Origin: Candidatus Shapirobacteria bacterium
GTDB lineage: Bacteria > Patescibacteriota > Microgenomatia > UBA12405
Reading direction: 5' to 3'
Assembly (NCBI GenBank): GCA_016188545.1
Contig: JACPHO010000001.1
Location: 355,324 to 419,323 of the forward strand
DNA length: 64,000 nt
How positions within the stretch are numbered: the stretch's first letter is position 1; each line of letters opens with the position of its first letter. Below the pieces are notes generated by a model, which saw only the letters and a list, made by a program, of their open reading frames with translations, did not search any database and was not told the origin of the DNA. Both the position numbers and the translations under genes were made by a program. Shown in pieces: positions 38,827-49,974 of this stretch.

Positions 38827-39507
38827 CTACCACACGATCGGTCCACATCCATTTAATATAAGATACTCATTACACTTTGAAAACGGTTTGGATCCAAAAA
38901 ATCCGCTTCTGGCCGCAAACGGTGATGGGTGTGGTGATTCGATGACCAAATGTTTTTGCCTATCAATTACCACTCCTTTCTTTTTGGCATAGTTACCCCA
39001 GAGGATAAATACTAGATGTTCTCTTTGTTCTGATAATAGTTTAATAACCTTATCTGTAAAATTTTCCCAACCTTTATTTTGATGTGAACCAGCCTTATTT
39101 GCCTCTACCGTCAGCGTCGCATTCAGTAGTAGCACTCCCTGTTTAGCCCACTCTTCCAAATCACCTTCTGGATACTTTGATTTATGATCTAGGTCAGACT
39201 CTATTTCTTTGTAAATATTCTGAACTGATGGTGGTAGAGTTACGCCTTTATTAACGGCAAAACAAAGTCCATTTGCTTGTTTTGGCCCGTGGTAAGGATC
39301 TTGTCCGATTATTACTACCTTAACTTTGTCAAAAGGTGTTAGCCAAAATGCCCTAAAAATAAATCCGGGTGGGGGATAGATAGTTTTGCTCGCGTATTCC
39401 TTTTTGACAAATTCAGATAACAGCCCAAAATAATCTTTATCAAACTCCTTCTCGAGTACACTTTTCCAAGTCGGTTCAATTTTTACATCCACTCCCAATT
39501 TTATCAA
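38827..39507 (-). CDS. ung: uracil-DNA glycosylase family 1
   Basis: GQDPYH, VLLLN, HPSP. Confidence 0.96.
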   Translation of the reverse strand: MIKLGVDVKIEPTWKSVLEKEFDKDYFGLLSEFVKKEYASKTIYPPPGFIFRAFWLTPFDKVKVVIIGQDPYHGPKQANGLCFAVNKGVTLPPSVQNIYKEIESDLDHKSKYPEGDLEEWAKQGVLLLNATLTVEANKAGSHQNKGWENFTDKVIKLLSEQREHLVFILWGNYAKKKGVVIDRQKHLVIESPHPSPFAARSGFFGSKPFSKCNEYLILNGCGPIVW

Positions 39508-39512
39508 GTTTT

Positions 39513-39587
39513 TGGTGACCCCACGGGGAATCGAACCCCGGTTAGTAGAATGAGAATCTACTGTCCTAACCGCTAGACGATGGGGCC
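39513..39587 (-). tRNA. tRNA-Glu(CTC)
   Basis: GGCCCCA acceptor, GTAGA-TTCTCAT-TCTAC arm, GGTTCGATTCC, encoded CCA. Confidence 0.96.
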
Positions 39588-39823
39588 TTGTTTAATAGTC
39601 TTTCTACTGCCTTCCTACTATGCCAAGACTTAATTTGTTTTTCCCTACTTCTTGCTTCAGATAGAGTTAAAAACTCTTCGTAGTATATCAATTTCCACGG
39701 CCGTTTTCTGGAAGTATATTTCGATCTCCCATTATTATGGTAAACCAACCTTATGGAAAGATTATTCGTAGATCCAATATAGTAGCTATTGTCAATTTCG
39801 GATTGCAAAATGTATGTATACAT
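39566..39823 (-). CDS. small GIY-YIG nuclease overlapping the tRNA-Glu 5' end
   Basis: YTYIL...YYIGST...RLVYHN..SKYT...REKQIK; last codons are the tRNA 5' end. Confidence 0.92.
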   Translation of the reverse strand: MYTYILQSEIDNSYYIGSTNNLSIRLVYHNNGRSKYTSRKRPWKLIYYEEFLTLSEARSREKQIKSWHSRKAVERLLNKAPSSSG

Positions 39824-39956
39824 TATTTACTCCGCTAGTCCCGATCTTTCAGATCGTGGATGCTCGATCAACGACGAAGTCGTGATCGGCAACGATGGGG
39901 CCTTAAATGTTCATCGATGCCTACCCAAGTAGGTATATGTTGTACAATTAAGGCAG

Positions 39957-41093
39957 ATGAATTTTATCAAATATTCGCATTATATCTACCTCACCATTTT
40001 TACAGTCCTCCTAAGCGTAACTTTTTGGTTTGGCTTCTACTACGACATACCCGGAAAGATGGGCTTTCCCCACACAACTCTTGAAACTGTATTTTCAAAT
40101 TACGACGGTCCCAATTATATGGTCATTGCCAAGTGTGGCTATGTCAAGAATTGTATCGCTACCAAGTTTTCCTTACCTCAGCCTCTTGAATACTATCCGG
40201 CCCATTTTCCCGGCTTTCCTATACTTGTAAAATACTTTGGACTTTATACTACTACTCCCAAGGCCATGTTAATCGCTGGTCTTCTTGGTTCCATTGTTTT
40301 TACCCTGGCTGTCTATCAGTTTTTTAAAAATTATCTAGGTGATACAGCCGCTTATTATTTATCCGTTCTCTCACTGTTTTTCCCAGCTAGAATGTTAGTA
40401 CTCCGTCTAGCTGGTGCTCCTGAAACACTATTTATTGGTCTGACTTTATTTTCTATTATCTACTTCCAAAAACAGCGCTATATAATTTCGGCTATTTTAG
40501 CATCACTCGCTCTATCTCTTAAAAGTCCAGGGATAATTCTATTTATGGCCTATCTTTGTATGGCCATTTTTGACTATGTCAAAAATAAAAACATCGCCGC
40601 CGTAGTAAATAAATATTTTATATACTTACTTGGTCCTATCGTTCTCGGGCTGATCTTCTATAGCTACTATCTTCAAACAGGTGATTTTCTGGCTTATTTC
40701 CACAGTGGTGACAATATCCACTTAAACATACTTCCTTACCTCGTATTCATTAGTAATCACACTTGGATTAATACCATCTGGCTAGAAGATGTGTTGTACA
40801 TATTCCTTTTAGCTTTTGTTGGTCTAAAATCAGTCTTTACCAAATACCGTTTTAATCTAATTTTTGTTTATCCATTTCTTTTTGTCTTGGCCACAATTTT
40901 CGTCGCTCATCGAGATATTAGTCGCTACATTGCCCCAGCCTATCCTTTTCTACTTCTAGGTTTTAGCCATTTTTTATTACAAAAAAGCTCGAAATATATT
41001 TTCTGGCTAATACTTCCAGCCATTATTCTTTTTGCTGTCAACTTCATCATCGGCAATACCGCACCGATCTCTGACTGGACTCCTTATCTATGA
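39957..41093 (+). CDS. GT-C membrane glycosyltransferase (PIG-V-like mannosyltransferase)
   Basis: YDGPNYMVIA..GY, AHFPGFP, PETLF, many TM segments. Confidence 0.8.
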   Translation: MNFIKYSHYIYLTIFTVLLSVTFWFGFYYDIPGKMGFPHTTLETVFSNYDGPNYMVIAKCGYVKNCIATKFSLPQPLEYYPAHFPGFPILVKYFGLYTTTPKAMLIAGLLGSIVFTLAVYQFFKNYLGDTAAYYLSVLSLFFPARMLVLRLAGAPETLFIGLTLFSIIYFQKQRYIISAILASLALSLKSPGIILFMAYLCMAIFDYVKNKNIAAVVNKYFIYLLGPIVLGLIFYSYYLQTGDFLAYFHSGDNIHLNILPYLVFISNHTWINTIWLEDVLYIFLLAFVGLKSVFTKYRFNLIFVYPFLFVLATIFVAHRDISRYIAPAYPFLLLGFSHFLLQKSSKYIFWLILPAIILFAVNFIIGNTAPISDWTPYL

Positions 41094-41195
41094 GTAGTGA
41101 TCTAACCTCAAAATCATTAGAACGGTTGATTTTCGACCAACCTGAGTCAACTTCTCTTGATATTTCCCCCTAAACTATTCAGTACCACACTTAAA

Positions 41196-42074
41196 TCAGC
41201 TTAAATAAATTTTCCCTCCGTTTTCCTCGACAAGATCCCTCATCATCATAAGAGAAATATTTCGACCTATCTCAGCTACTGATATTTTCAACTTCTGTCC
41301 TAACTCGTCCACTGTCACTGCCTCATTTTCCAAAACTACAATAATCTTTTTCTCTATTTCCGATAAGTCAGCGTAATCTCTAAATAGATCTGTTTGTACA
41401 TGCACTGAATTAGTTTCTTTTAAAATATCGCTAATTTCAGTAATCATTTCTGCTCCATCCGTTTTAATTAGCCAGTTAGTTCCCTCCGACACCATCGAAT
41501 TAATTGGCCCTGGGATAGCCATAACCCTTTTACCTTGTTTTAGGGCAAACTTGGCAGTAATTAAGCTTCCAGACTTAATTCCTCCCTCAATTACTAATAC
41601 TCCAATTGTTGATATTGCCGACATCAGTCGGTCCCTTTGGGGAAACGACCAGATTGTTGGTTTAAAATTTGGCTCGTACTCCGACATAACCAACCCACCA
41701 CTTTCCAATATTCGTGTATACAACTTTTCATTATATTGAGATTCAATTGTATCCAACCCACCGCCGGCAATTGCTAGTGTTTTTCCACCACAGTCGAGAC
41801 ATTGATTATGACACTCAATATCAACACCATACATAAATCCAGAGATAATTGTGATTCCGTTTGCTACCAGGATGGGTATAACTTTTTTAATGATGTCAGC
41901 CCCATATTTTGTCATCCTGCGGCTACCTACAATGGTGATTGTCTTCTCGTACAACTTTTCATCCCAACTACCTCTATAAAACATTCTCGCAGGCGGGTTA
42001 CTAATGTTCCTCAATCCCTTTGGAAAATCATCTTTAGTCAATAATTCTATCGGCCATTTTTTCCACTCATTCAT
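41196..42074 (-). CDS. dprA: DNA-processing protein DprA
   Basis: IVGSR, ISGFMYGVD, FPQRDR, SGSLITA, PG. Confidence 0.94.
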   Translation of the reverse strand: MNEWKKWPIELLTKDDFPKGLRNISNPPARMFYRGSWDEKLYEKTITIVGSRRMTKYGADIIKKVIPILVANGITIISGFMYGVDIECHNQCLDCGGKTLAIAGGGLDTIESQYNEKLYTRILESGGLVMSEYEPNFKPTIWSFPQRDRLMSAISTIGVLVIEGGIKSGSLITAKFALKQGKRVMAIPGPINSMVSEGTNWLIKTDGAEMITEISDILKETNSVHVQTDLFRDYADLSEIEKKIIVVLENEAVTVDELGQKLKISVAEIGRNISLMMMRDLVEENGGKIYLS

Positions 42075-42426
42075 AGCCCAAATTCTTATAATATCTAATT
42101 TCAGATCCCAAGATACACACCCCGTCGATTCTGTATTTTTCAAATACACTTCTCATTTGTTGATTTTTCATTAAATAAATTTCTGCCACCCGCTTTACCT
42201 GAGAAATTTTTCTTTTATTAATCATTTCTTCAGGCATTCCCATGTGGTCATCACTTTTATATTTCACCTCTACAAATACCAGCCAATCATGATCAGACAT
42301 AATTAAATCTATTTCTCCAATATCCACCTCAAAATTACTTACTATAAACTCAAATCCTCTGTTAACTAAATACTGCTTTGCAATATCTTCCCCACCCCTT
42401 CCTTTTTTATAATTATGTTTTTTCAT
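42067..42426 (-). CDS. yraN: YraN family nuclease
   Basis: G..GEDIA..YL, GEIDLI, LVFVEVK. Confidence 0.93.
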   Translation of the reverse strand: MKKHNYKKGRGGEDIAKQYLVNRGFEFIVSNFEVDIGEIDLIMSDHDWLVFVEVKYKSDDHMGMPEEMINKRKISQVKRVAEIYLMKNQQMRSVFEKYRIDGVCILGSEIRYYKNLGYE

Positions 42427-43958
42427 TCGTTTCTGACTCTATATTGCAACGCTTCCGCCACATGACTATCTCCAATATTTAGTGATCCAGCCAAGTCAGC
42501 AATTGTCCTTGACACTTTTATTAAGCGAAAGTAGGTACGTGCCGACAAATTAAACTTATTAACTGCCTGTTTTAGCAGTAAATTAGCGTCAGTTGTTAAC
42601 TTAGCAAATTCCTTTAAATGTACGTTTTTCATATCGGCATTACAATGAATATCGATAACCTTATCAAACCTTTTTCGCTGAACTTCTCTGGCCTGTATCA
42701 CTCGTAATTTTATATTCTTCGATTTCTCAGACATAATTCCATCTGTGCTGTCCAACATTAGCTTATTAATGTCCACCGCTGGTACATTAAGATGTAAATC
42801 AATGCGATCCATTATGGGTCCAGACAGCTTCTTTTGATAATTCATAATTTGATGAACCGAGCAATGACACTCCTTTTTGATATCACCCAAGAATCCACAG
42901 GGGCAGGGATTGGCAGCTGCTACTAGCATAAACTGGGCAGGAAAAGATATTGATCCTGCCGATCTGGAAATATTAACCGATCCATCCTCCAGCGGCTGAC
43001 GAAGAGCTTCCAACGAATTTCTCCCAAATTCCGGAAACTCATCCAGGAACAACACACCTCTATGTGCCATCGACACTTCTCCGGGGTGGGGGATCGACCC
43101 TCCACCAATCAGTCCCACTAAAGAAGTTGTGTGGTGAGGACAACGAAACGGTCGCAGACGAATCAGTGAGCCACCAGCCGGAATATTACCTGTAATAGAA
43201 AAAATTTTAGTTACCTCGAGACTTTCTCTTTCACTCAAATCAGGTAGTATTCCGGCTGTCGCCCTTGACAACATTGTCTTACCGCTTCCCGGTGGTCCCA
43301 TCATAAAAATATTGTGTCCGCCTGAAGCCGCAATTTCCAAGGCTCTCTTGGCTGTCTCTTGTCCCAATATTTCACCAAAGTCAAACTCAGGGCGAATGTC
43401 ACTCAGTACTTCCTCTACTATCACTGTCTCCAATGGCACAATTTTTTTGGCACCTCGTAAATGTAATATCAAAGATTTTAAACTATCTACTGGATACACA
43501 CTCACTCCCTCAACGACGCTTGCCTCGTTAGCGCACAGTCGCGGTACAAAAATATTTTTAATCCCTTGCTCTTTAGCTAGCACTGCTAGCAAAAAAACTC
43601 CTCTGGTATGTCTCAATGTCCCATCTAATGATAATTCTCCATAAAAATAGGCTTTTTCTCTGGTCATATCCAGCTCACCCATTGATGACAGTATTCCAAC
43701 AGCAATTGGCAGGTCATACCCTGATCCATCCTTTGGTAAATCGGCCGGTGCTAGGTTTACAGTGACCTTCATCGGCCGAAAGTCGATATCAGTATTAATA
43801 ATTGCTGTTTTGACCCGTTCTTTTAATTCTTCCCCACTTTTACTAGCTATTCCTACTATCCCAAATGAGGGAAAGCCTTTCTCAGCCACATTTACTTCGA
43901 CCTCTATTTCTACGGCTTTTAATCCATAGTTAGCCACCGATGACACTTTTGTAAGCAT
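42423..43958 (-). CDS. comM: ComM/YifB Mg-chelatase-like AAA+ ATPase
   Basis: VNLAPADLPKDG, GPPGSGKTML, PFRCPHH, LFLDEFPEF, NPCPCG. Confidence 0.95.
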   Translation of the reverse strand: MLTKVSSVANYGLKAVEIEVEVNVAEKGFPSFGIVGIASKSGEELKERVKTAIINTDIDFRPMKVTVNLAPADLPKDGSGYDLPIAVGILSSMGELDMTREKAYFYGELSLDGTLRHTRGVFLLAVLAKEQGIKNIFVPRLCANEASVVEGVSVYPVDSLKSLILHLRGAKKIVPLETVIVEEVLSDIRPEFDFGEILGQETAKRALEIAASGGHNIFMMGPPGSGKTMLSRATAGILPDLSERESLEVTKIFSITGNIPAGGSLIRLRPFRCPHHTTSLVGLIGGGSIPHPGEVSMAHRGVLFLDEFPEFGRNSLEALRQPLEDGSVNISRSAGSISFPAQFMLVAAANPCPCGFLGDIKKECHCSVHQIMNYQKKLSGPIMDRIDLHLNVPAVDINKLMLDSTDGIMSEKSKNIKLRVIQAREVQRKRFDKVIDIHCNADMKNVHLKEFAKLTTDANLLLKQAVNKFNLSARTYFRLIKVSRTIADLAGSLNIGDSHVAEALQYRVRNE

Positions 43959-43999
43959 TATTACTAAACTATAGTCATAAAAGTCCTCAAATGAAAGTC

Positions 44000-44794
44000 T
44001 TACTTTTCAAACCCTCTCATTTCTGGTTGGTAGTCATATCTGGCAGGAAGATTGTTTATTCCCACTAAACAAAAACTATGACTTAGTTCTGTAGCAATCG
44101 AAGTATTCCTCAGGGTGTGAACGAGGAACAGATCAGGAAAATGAGTCCGTGATATCAAACTTGTTTGATCGCCATCAACCAATCTTACTGGGGTGTATTT
44201 CCCCAATACCCCACTCAAAAACATACCCATGGCCGGAGGTTTTGCACCTGAATATCCTCCTATGAACAAGTATGTCTCTTCAAGTGGTTCTCCTTTTGCT
44301 GTTACTGATTTAACTTCGTGAACAAACTCGTACACATAGCTGGCTAAACGAATACATTTTTGTTTTTTTGAGTTAGAGTCGGCTTGAAAAGGCATCCCGA
44401 TAATTAATGACTTTGCTTTTAACTCAACTTTGTTTAAGGCGTTGTCGAGTACTCTTGATTGGACAGTTGGTGGAGAATCGTCTGATTGTTGATGAAAAAG
44501 TGCTCCAGAAACTTTTTCAGCCATATCTTTTTCTGCATAAATTGAAACATAAGTTCGAATTATATCCACTGTCAGTGGTGTATCAGATTGAACTAAAGAA
44601 GAAAGATTTTGGACGAGGTCAATATAAAAACTCACAAAGTTAAGACACTCCCTTTTATCCCTGATTCCTTTCGAGTTATCAAACGATGAGACAACTAAAC
44701 TATTCATTCTATGAATCACACCAGTAAGTACATGTTCATTAGCTTCTGGCACACTCATTAAGTTCGGTTCGCTCACAGCTACATCAAACGTCAT
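44000..44794 (-). CDS. hypothetical protein
   Basis: 264-aa ORF, no recognised motif. Confidence 0.6.
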   Translation of the reverse strand: MTFDVAVSEPNLMSVPEANEHVLTGVIHRMNSLVVSSFDNSKGIRDKRECLNFVSFYIDLVQNLSSLVQSDTPLTVDIIRTYVSIYAEKDMAEKVSGALFHQQSDDSPPTVQSRVLDNALNKVELKAKSLIIGMPFQADSNSKKQKCIRLASYVYEFVHEVKSVTAKGEPLEETYLFIGGYSGAKPPAMGMFLSGVLGKYTPVRLVDGDQTSLISRTHFPDLFLVHTLRNTSIATELSHSFCLVGINNLPARYDYQPEMRGFEK

Positions 44795-44901
44795 AATGGA
44801 TTATAACCAAAACTACCTGCCAACAATCAACTCATATAGCCTTTGCATCATCCATTGATATTAGACCCGAAACAAACCCAAATAATTTGTTAAAATCAAG
44901 A

Positions 44902-46917
44902 ATGTCTTTTGAACTCGTAACCAATATGATCCCATCAGGTGATCAGCCTGAAGCCATTTCCAAATTAACCACCAATTTTGACGCCGGTATTGATCGTCAA
45001 ACCTTACTCGGAGTAACTGGCTCGGGTAAGACTTTTACCATAGCCAATGTCATAGCCAAGACCCAGCTACCAACCCTAATAATTTCTCACAACAAAACCC
45101 TAGCAGGCCAGTTGTACCAGGAGTTCAAAGAACTTTTTCCCAAAAACAAAGTCTCATATTTTGTTTCTTACTACGATTATTACCAGCCTGAAGCTTATAT
45201 TCCCGCCTCCGACACCTATATTGCCAAAGAAGTCGAAATTAATGATCTGATTGACAAGCTCAGGCTCGAGGCCACTTCAAATCTTTTTGAAGGAGCTGAC
45301 AATATCGTCATCGCTTCAGTCTCTTGTATCTATAATATTGGAGACCCGCGAGTGTTTGGAGACAAAACATTTGATCTAAAAATAGGTGACAATTGGTCAA
45401 GGCGTCAGCTTTTTGAAGAATTTGTCAAGCTTTATTACACCAGGTCAGAATTGGAATTCAAACGTTCCCAGTTTCGCCTCCGTGGTTCAAATGTCGAAAT
45501 CTGGCCAAGTAGTGCCGATTGGATTATCGCCATCGAATTTAGTCCAGATGACAAGATAATCTCCATAACTCAAAGGAACCCCTTTTCTGGCCATGAATTT
45601 GATCTTCAAAAATATCGTCTTTATCCAGCCAAACAGTTTGTCGGTGCCAGTGGTGAACTAAAAGATATTATTGCCAAGATCAGAAGTGATTGTGCTCTAG
45701 AAGTTGAAAAATTTAAATCGCAGGGAAAAATACTGGAGGCTCATCGCCTGGAACAACGTGTCGATTATGACTTAGAAATGCTCCAAGAACTAGGTTATGT
45801 CAATGGTATTGAGAATTATTCGCTTTACTTTGAGCCAGGCCGACAAACAAGTGACCCTCCGTATACATTAATCGACTATTTCCGCCACCTATGGAGAGAT
45901 AAATTTTTAACTGTCATTGATGAGTCGCATGTCACCGTTCCCCAAGTCCATGGGATGTATGGTGGTGACTTTTCCCGTAAGACTAATCTCGTCGAATTTG
46001 GTTTTCGTCTTCGTAGTGCATTTGATAATCGTCCCTTAAAATGGGAAGAATTCAACGACCGTCTTTCAAAAGTTGTTTACGTCTCTGCCACTCCATCTGA
46101 ATTTGAAATCAAAGACGCCCATGACAATGTCATAGAACAAATTATCCGCCCTACCGGACTAGTTGATCCACCCATCACCATCAAAGCCACCAAAGATCAG
46201 ATTCCCAATCTTATCAAAGAGATCGCGTCTCGTGTCGCCAAAAAGGAGCGGACTCTAGTCGTGACCATCACCAAAAAAATGTCCGAGGATCTGGCCAACT
46301 ATCTTTCTGACGAAAAAAAGACAGGAGTCAAATTAAAAGTAGCCTATCTTCATTCAGATATCGAAACTTTGGAGCGTTCAGATATCTTAGATAAGCTCCG
46401 CTCTGGTGACTTCGATGTCTTGGTGGGTATTAATTTGCTTCGCGAGGGTCTCGATTTGCCTGAAGTATCACTTGTCGCCATTCTCGATGCTGACTCCCAA
46501 GGTTTTCTCCGTTCTCGTTCTTCACTGATTCAGTTAATGGGCCGTGCTTCCCGTAACGTCGAAGGTCAAGTAATTCTCTATGCCGATTCTATTTCTGATG
46601 CTATGAATGCCGCCATTAAGGAAGTCAACCGTCGTCGCCAAATTCAACTCAAGTACAACCAGGAACACGGTATTACTCCCCAAACTATCATCAAATCAAT
46701 TCGGGCCCGAATTATCGAAAAACCTGCCGACAAAACCTTAGAAATACCCATCATTTCCGTCGATACATTATCACTTACACCAAACCAACGTAAACACCAC
46801 ATCTCTTCACTCAAAAAGGAAATGCGCACAGCAGCTGCTGACCTAAACTTCGAACTTGCCATCCGCCTCCGCGACAAAATCCTCGAAATCGAACACCTCT
46901 TTCATCACCTATTTTAG
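44902..46917 (+). CDS. uvrB: excinuclease ABC subunit B
   Basis: GVTGSGKT, YYDYYQPEAY, DESH, INLLREGLD. Confidence 0.97.
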   Translation: MSFELVTNMIPSGDQPEAISKLTTNFDAGIDRQTLLGVTGSGKTFTIANVIAKTQLPTLIISHNKTLAGQLYQEFKELFPKNKVSYFVSYYDYYQPEAYIPASDTYIAKEVEINDLIDKLRLEATSNLFEGADNIVIASVSCIYNIGDPRVFGDKTFDLKIGDNWSRRQLFEEFVKLYYTRSELEFKRSQFRLRGSNVEIWPSSADWIIAIEFSPDDKIISITQRNPFSGHEFDLQKYRLYPAKQFVGASGELKDIIAKIRSDCALEVEKFKSQGKILEAHRLEQRVDYDLEMLQELGYVNGIENYSLYFEPGRQTSDPPYTLIDYFRHLWRDKFLTVIDESHVTVPQVHGMYGGDFSRKTNLVEFGFRLRSAFDNRPLKWEEFNDRLSKVVYVSATPSEFEIKDAHDNVIEQIIRPTGLVDPPITIKATKDQIPNLIKEIASRVAKKERTLVVTITKKMSEDLANYLSDEKKTGVKLKVAYLHSDIETLERSDILDKLRSGDFDVLVGINLLREGLDLPEVSLVAILDADSQGFLRSRSSLIQLMGRASRNVEGQVILYADSISDAMNAAIKEVNRRRQIQLKYNQEHGITPQTIIKSIRARIIEKPADKTLEIPIISVDTLSLTPNQRKHHISSLKKEMRTAAADLNFELAIRLRDKILEIEHLFHHLF

Positions 46918-47235
46918 CTGATATGGCCGCCGTCATAGCAACAGCCTTCAGCTCTTCATGCCTCGCTTCAAAACCACTAACAAATCTGACAACTCCATGT
47001 TGATTTACAGTCAATGCAGTTGTTAACGGTGAAGTCTCAGAAAAAAATGCAACTGTTGTAGACATAATGGCGATTATATCACCAAACTAACTAAATCAAT
47101 AAATAAAATACCCGAAGACAAACCGAAGACTTTGACGTATAATTAACAATTGTTGCAATTTTGTCATAAATTTTTTGTAAGATAAAATTTGTGTCAAAAT
47201 GCAATCCGCCGAGGCGGATAGTTCCAAAGAAATAT

Positions 47236-49941
47236 ATGATTAACAAAATAACTGTCAAAGGTGCCCGCGAAAACAACCTAAAAAGCGTTTCATTTGAGTT
47301 CCCTAAAAACCAACTGGTTGTCTTTACTGGTGTTTCCGGATCCGGTAAATCCAGCATGGCTTTTGACACCTTATTTGCCGAAGGTCAGCGTCGTTATGTA
47401 GAATCACTATCATCCTACGCACGTCAGTTTCTTGGCAACATGCATCGACCCGAAGTAGATCAAATTGAAGGACTTTCCCCCAGTATTGCTATTAACCAAA
47501 AAGCTATTTCACATAATCCTCGTTCCACTGTTGGTACAGTCACTGAAATATACGACTACCTTAGACTTTTATTTGCCCGTATCGGTCACCCTCACTGTCC
47601 CACTTGTGGTCGTGAAGTCATGCCCCAGACTAGTAAGCAGATAGTTACTCAGATTATCGAAAGCGCCCAAAAATACTGCACCCCTACTACAAACTATCGT
47701 TTCTTTATCCTCGCTCCCATTGTTCGTTCCAAGGCAGGTGACTTGCATGGATTACTCGAAAACCTCCGCAAACAAGGTTATAAGTGGATTAGAGCTGATG
47801 GTAAGATAATTGATCTTTATTCTGACTTTGGCCTCACTAAGACTAACAAACACACTATCGAGGCTGTCTGCGACAGAGTATCGTTGAACTTTGAGCAGCT
47901 TAAAAAGTCAGAAGAGATATTTTCCCGACTAGTCGATAGCGTCGAACAGGCACTCAAGTTGAGTAATGGCTTGTGTATGGTGGCTCAAATAAATGATATT
48001 GGTTTCGACTTTCCTGATAGCCCCAAGGATTTAACTGATACCCTGTATTCCGAAAATTTTGCCTGTCCTGTCTGTAACTTATCTCTTCCCCAAATCGAGC
48101 CCAGACTGTTTTCGTTCAACTCACCCGAAGGTGCCTGTACAGAATGTAAAGGTCTAGGTAACAAATATCAGATTGACCGCAGTAAGTATCCTGAGTGGAA
48201 AGCCCGCTACTTAGAATCACGGTATTTTACTTCTCAATCAGAAACAATTCGTGAAGAGCTGGAAAAGTTTATGATCAAGACAAACTGTCCCGTTTGCCAC
48301 GGCTCTAGACTAAACCCAGATGCTCTTTCAGTCACAATCGAAAGCAAAAACATCCATGACATTTGCCAACAACCCATAGGAGAGTTGACCACCTGGGTAG
48401 ATGCCCTGGAATCAAAACTAAACAGTTCCAAGGAAAAAGAAATCCTCGATTCAATTCATCGCGAAATCCACACCCGTTTAGAATTCTTACTGGCAGTTGG
48501 TTTAGATTATCTGTCACTTGAAAGAGAAGCTGGAACGCTTTCGTCTGGTGAGTCACAACGCATCCGTTTAGCTTCTCAAATAGGTACCGGACTCACTGGT
48601 GTTCTATATATTCTTGATGAACCTACCATCGGTCTCCACTCTCGAGATAATGACAGGTTGATTGGCACTCTCAAAAAGCTACGTGATACTGGCAACTCAG
48701 TTGTGGTTGTAGAACACGATGAAGAAGTAATTCGTTGTGCCGATCACATCGTTGATTTTGGCCTACATGCTGGTAAAAACGGTGGTCAAATTGTCGCCCA
48801 AGGTAGCTTAGAATCTATTCTTAAAGACAAAAATAGTCTGACCGGTCAGTATCTCTCAGGAAGAAAAATAATCTCTACTTCTCTCCAGCCTGAAATAGTA
48901 CCCAAGCACAAATCAATCACCATCAAAGGGGCTCGTCAGTGGAATTTAAAAAACGTTGATGTTTCTTTCCCCCTAAATAAACTTATTTCCGTCACTGGTG
49001 TTTCCGGATCAGGTAAATCAACTTTGGTTCACGACACCCTCTATGGTGGAGTCAGAAAATCCACTCTTGGTACCTACTTTGGGACGATAGGTGAGTATGA
49101 CGAAATAACCGGTGCCGATGGAGTCAAGGATGTTTTATTGGTCGACCAGTCACCCATTGGTCGTACTCCCCGAAGCAATCCAGCTACTTATACAAAAGTC
49201 TTCGATGATATCCGTGCCCTTCTAGCCCGAACTACAGAAGCTCAGATCCGAGGATATAGTGCCTCTCGTTTTTCTTTCAATACCAAAGGTGGTCGTTGTG
49301 AGGCGTGTCAAGGTCAAGGACAAATCAAAATTGAGATGCAATTTTTAGCCGACATTTACGTCACTTGCGACGAGTGTCACGGTTCCCGATTCAAAGATGA
49401 AACTTTGGAAGTCTACTATAAAGAAAAAAACACTGACGAAATTCTCAAGCTCACTTTTGATGAGGCTGCTGATTTCTTTAAGAACATCAACTCCCTCCGA
49501 CGCAAAATTACTACTATTCAGGAGGCAGGCCTAGGCTATCTCCAGTTAGGTCAACCTAGCAACACACTCTCAGGAGGAGAATCCCAAAGACTCAAAATCA
49601 GCCGCGAATTAGTCAAGCGTTTTAATGGACAAATCCTCTATATTCTCGACGAACCTACTACTGGATTACATTTCTACGATATTGATAAGTTAATCAAAGT
49701 TCTTCGCAAGTTAGTTGATATGGGTAATACTGTGGTTGTTATCGAACACAATCTTGATGTCATCAAAAATTCCGACTGGATAGTTGACCTTGGGCCCGAA
49801 GGTGGTCATCGTGGTGGTGAAGTTTTGACATCAGGTACTGTTGAAGATATTATCGCTTGTAAAAACAGTTATACCGGTATCTACCTAAAAAAACATCTTG
49901 ACCAATTAGATGCTATCCGGCCAAAAAAAGTAAATCGATAA
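47236..49941 (+). CDS. uvrA: excinuclease ABC subunit A
   Basis: two GVSGSGKS and two LS(S/G)GE ABC motifs, zinc fingers. Confidence 0.97.
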   Translation: MINKITVKGARENNLKSVSFEFPKNQLVVFTGVSGSGKSSMAFDTLFAEGQRRYVESLSSYARQFLGNMHRPEVDQIEGLSPSIAINQKAISHNPRSTVGTVTEIYDYLRLLFARIGHPHCPTCGREVMPQTSKQIVTQIIESAQKYCTPTTNYRFFILAPIVRSKAGDLHGLLENLRKQGYKWIRADGKIIDLYSDFGLTKTNKHTIEAVCDRVSLNFEQLKKSEEIFSRLVDSVEQALKLSNGLCMVAQINDIGFDFPDSPKDLTDTLYSENFACPVCNLSLPQIEPRLFSFNSPEGACTECKGLGNKYQIDRSKYPEWKARYLESRYFTSQSETIREELEKFMIKTNCPVCHGSRLNPDALSVTIESKNIHDICQQPIGELTTWVDALESKLNSSKEKEILDSIHREIHTRLEFLLAVGLDYLSLEREAGTLSSGESQRIRLASQIGTGLTGVLYILDEPTIGLHSRDNDRLIGTLKKLRDTGNSVVVVEHDEEVIRCADHIVDFGLHAGKNGGQIVAQGSLESILKDKNSLTGQYLSGRKIISTSLQPEIVPKHKSITIKGARQWNLKNVDVSFPLNKLISVTGVSGSGKSTLVHDTLYGGVRKSTLGTYFGTIGEYDEITGADGVKDVLLVDQSPIGRTPRSNPATYTKVFDDIRALLARTTEAQIRGYSASRFSFNTKGGRCEACQGQGQIKIEMQFLADIYVTCDECHGSRFKDETLEVYYKEKNTDEILKLTFDEAADFFKNINSLRRKITTIQEAGLGYLQLGQPSNTLSGGESQRLKISRELVKRFNGQILYILDEPTTGLHFYDIDKLIKVLRKLVDMGNTVVVIEHNLDVIKNSDWIVDLGPEGGHRGGEVLTSGTVEDIIACKNSYTGIYLKKHLDQLDAIRPKKVNR

Positions 49942-49974
49942 GAACCCAGTAATAATACATCACCCTCCGTCTTC

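Noticed and set aside
46811-47065. 84-aa minus-strand ORF between uvrB and uvrA
   Set aside because: Overlaps uvrB by over 100 nt with no motif; at most a short orphan or remnant.
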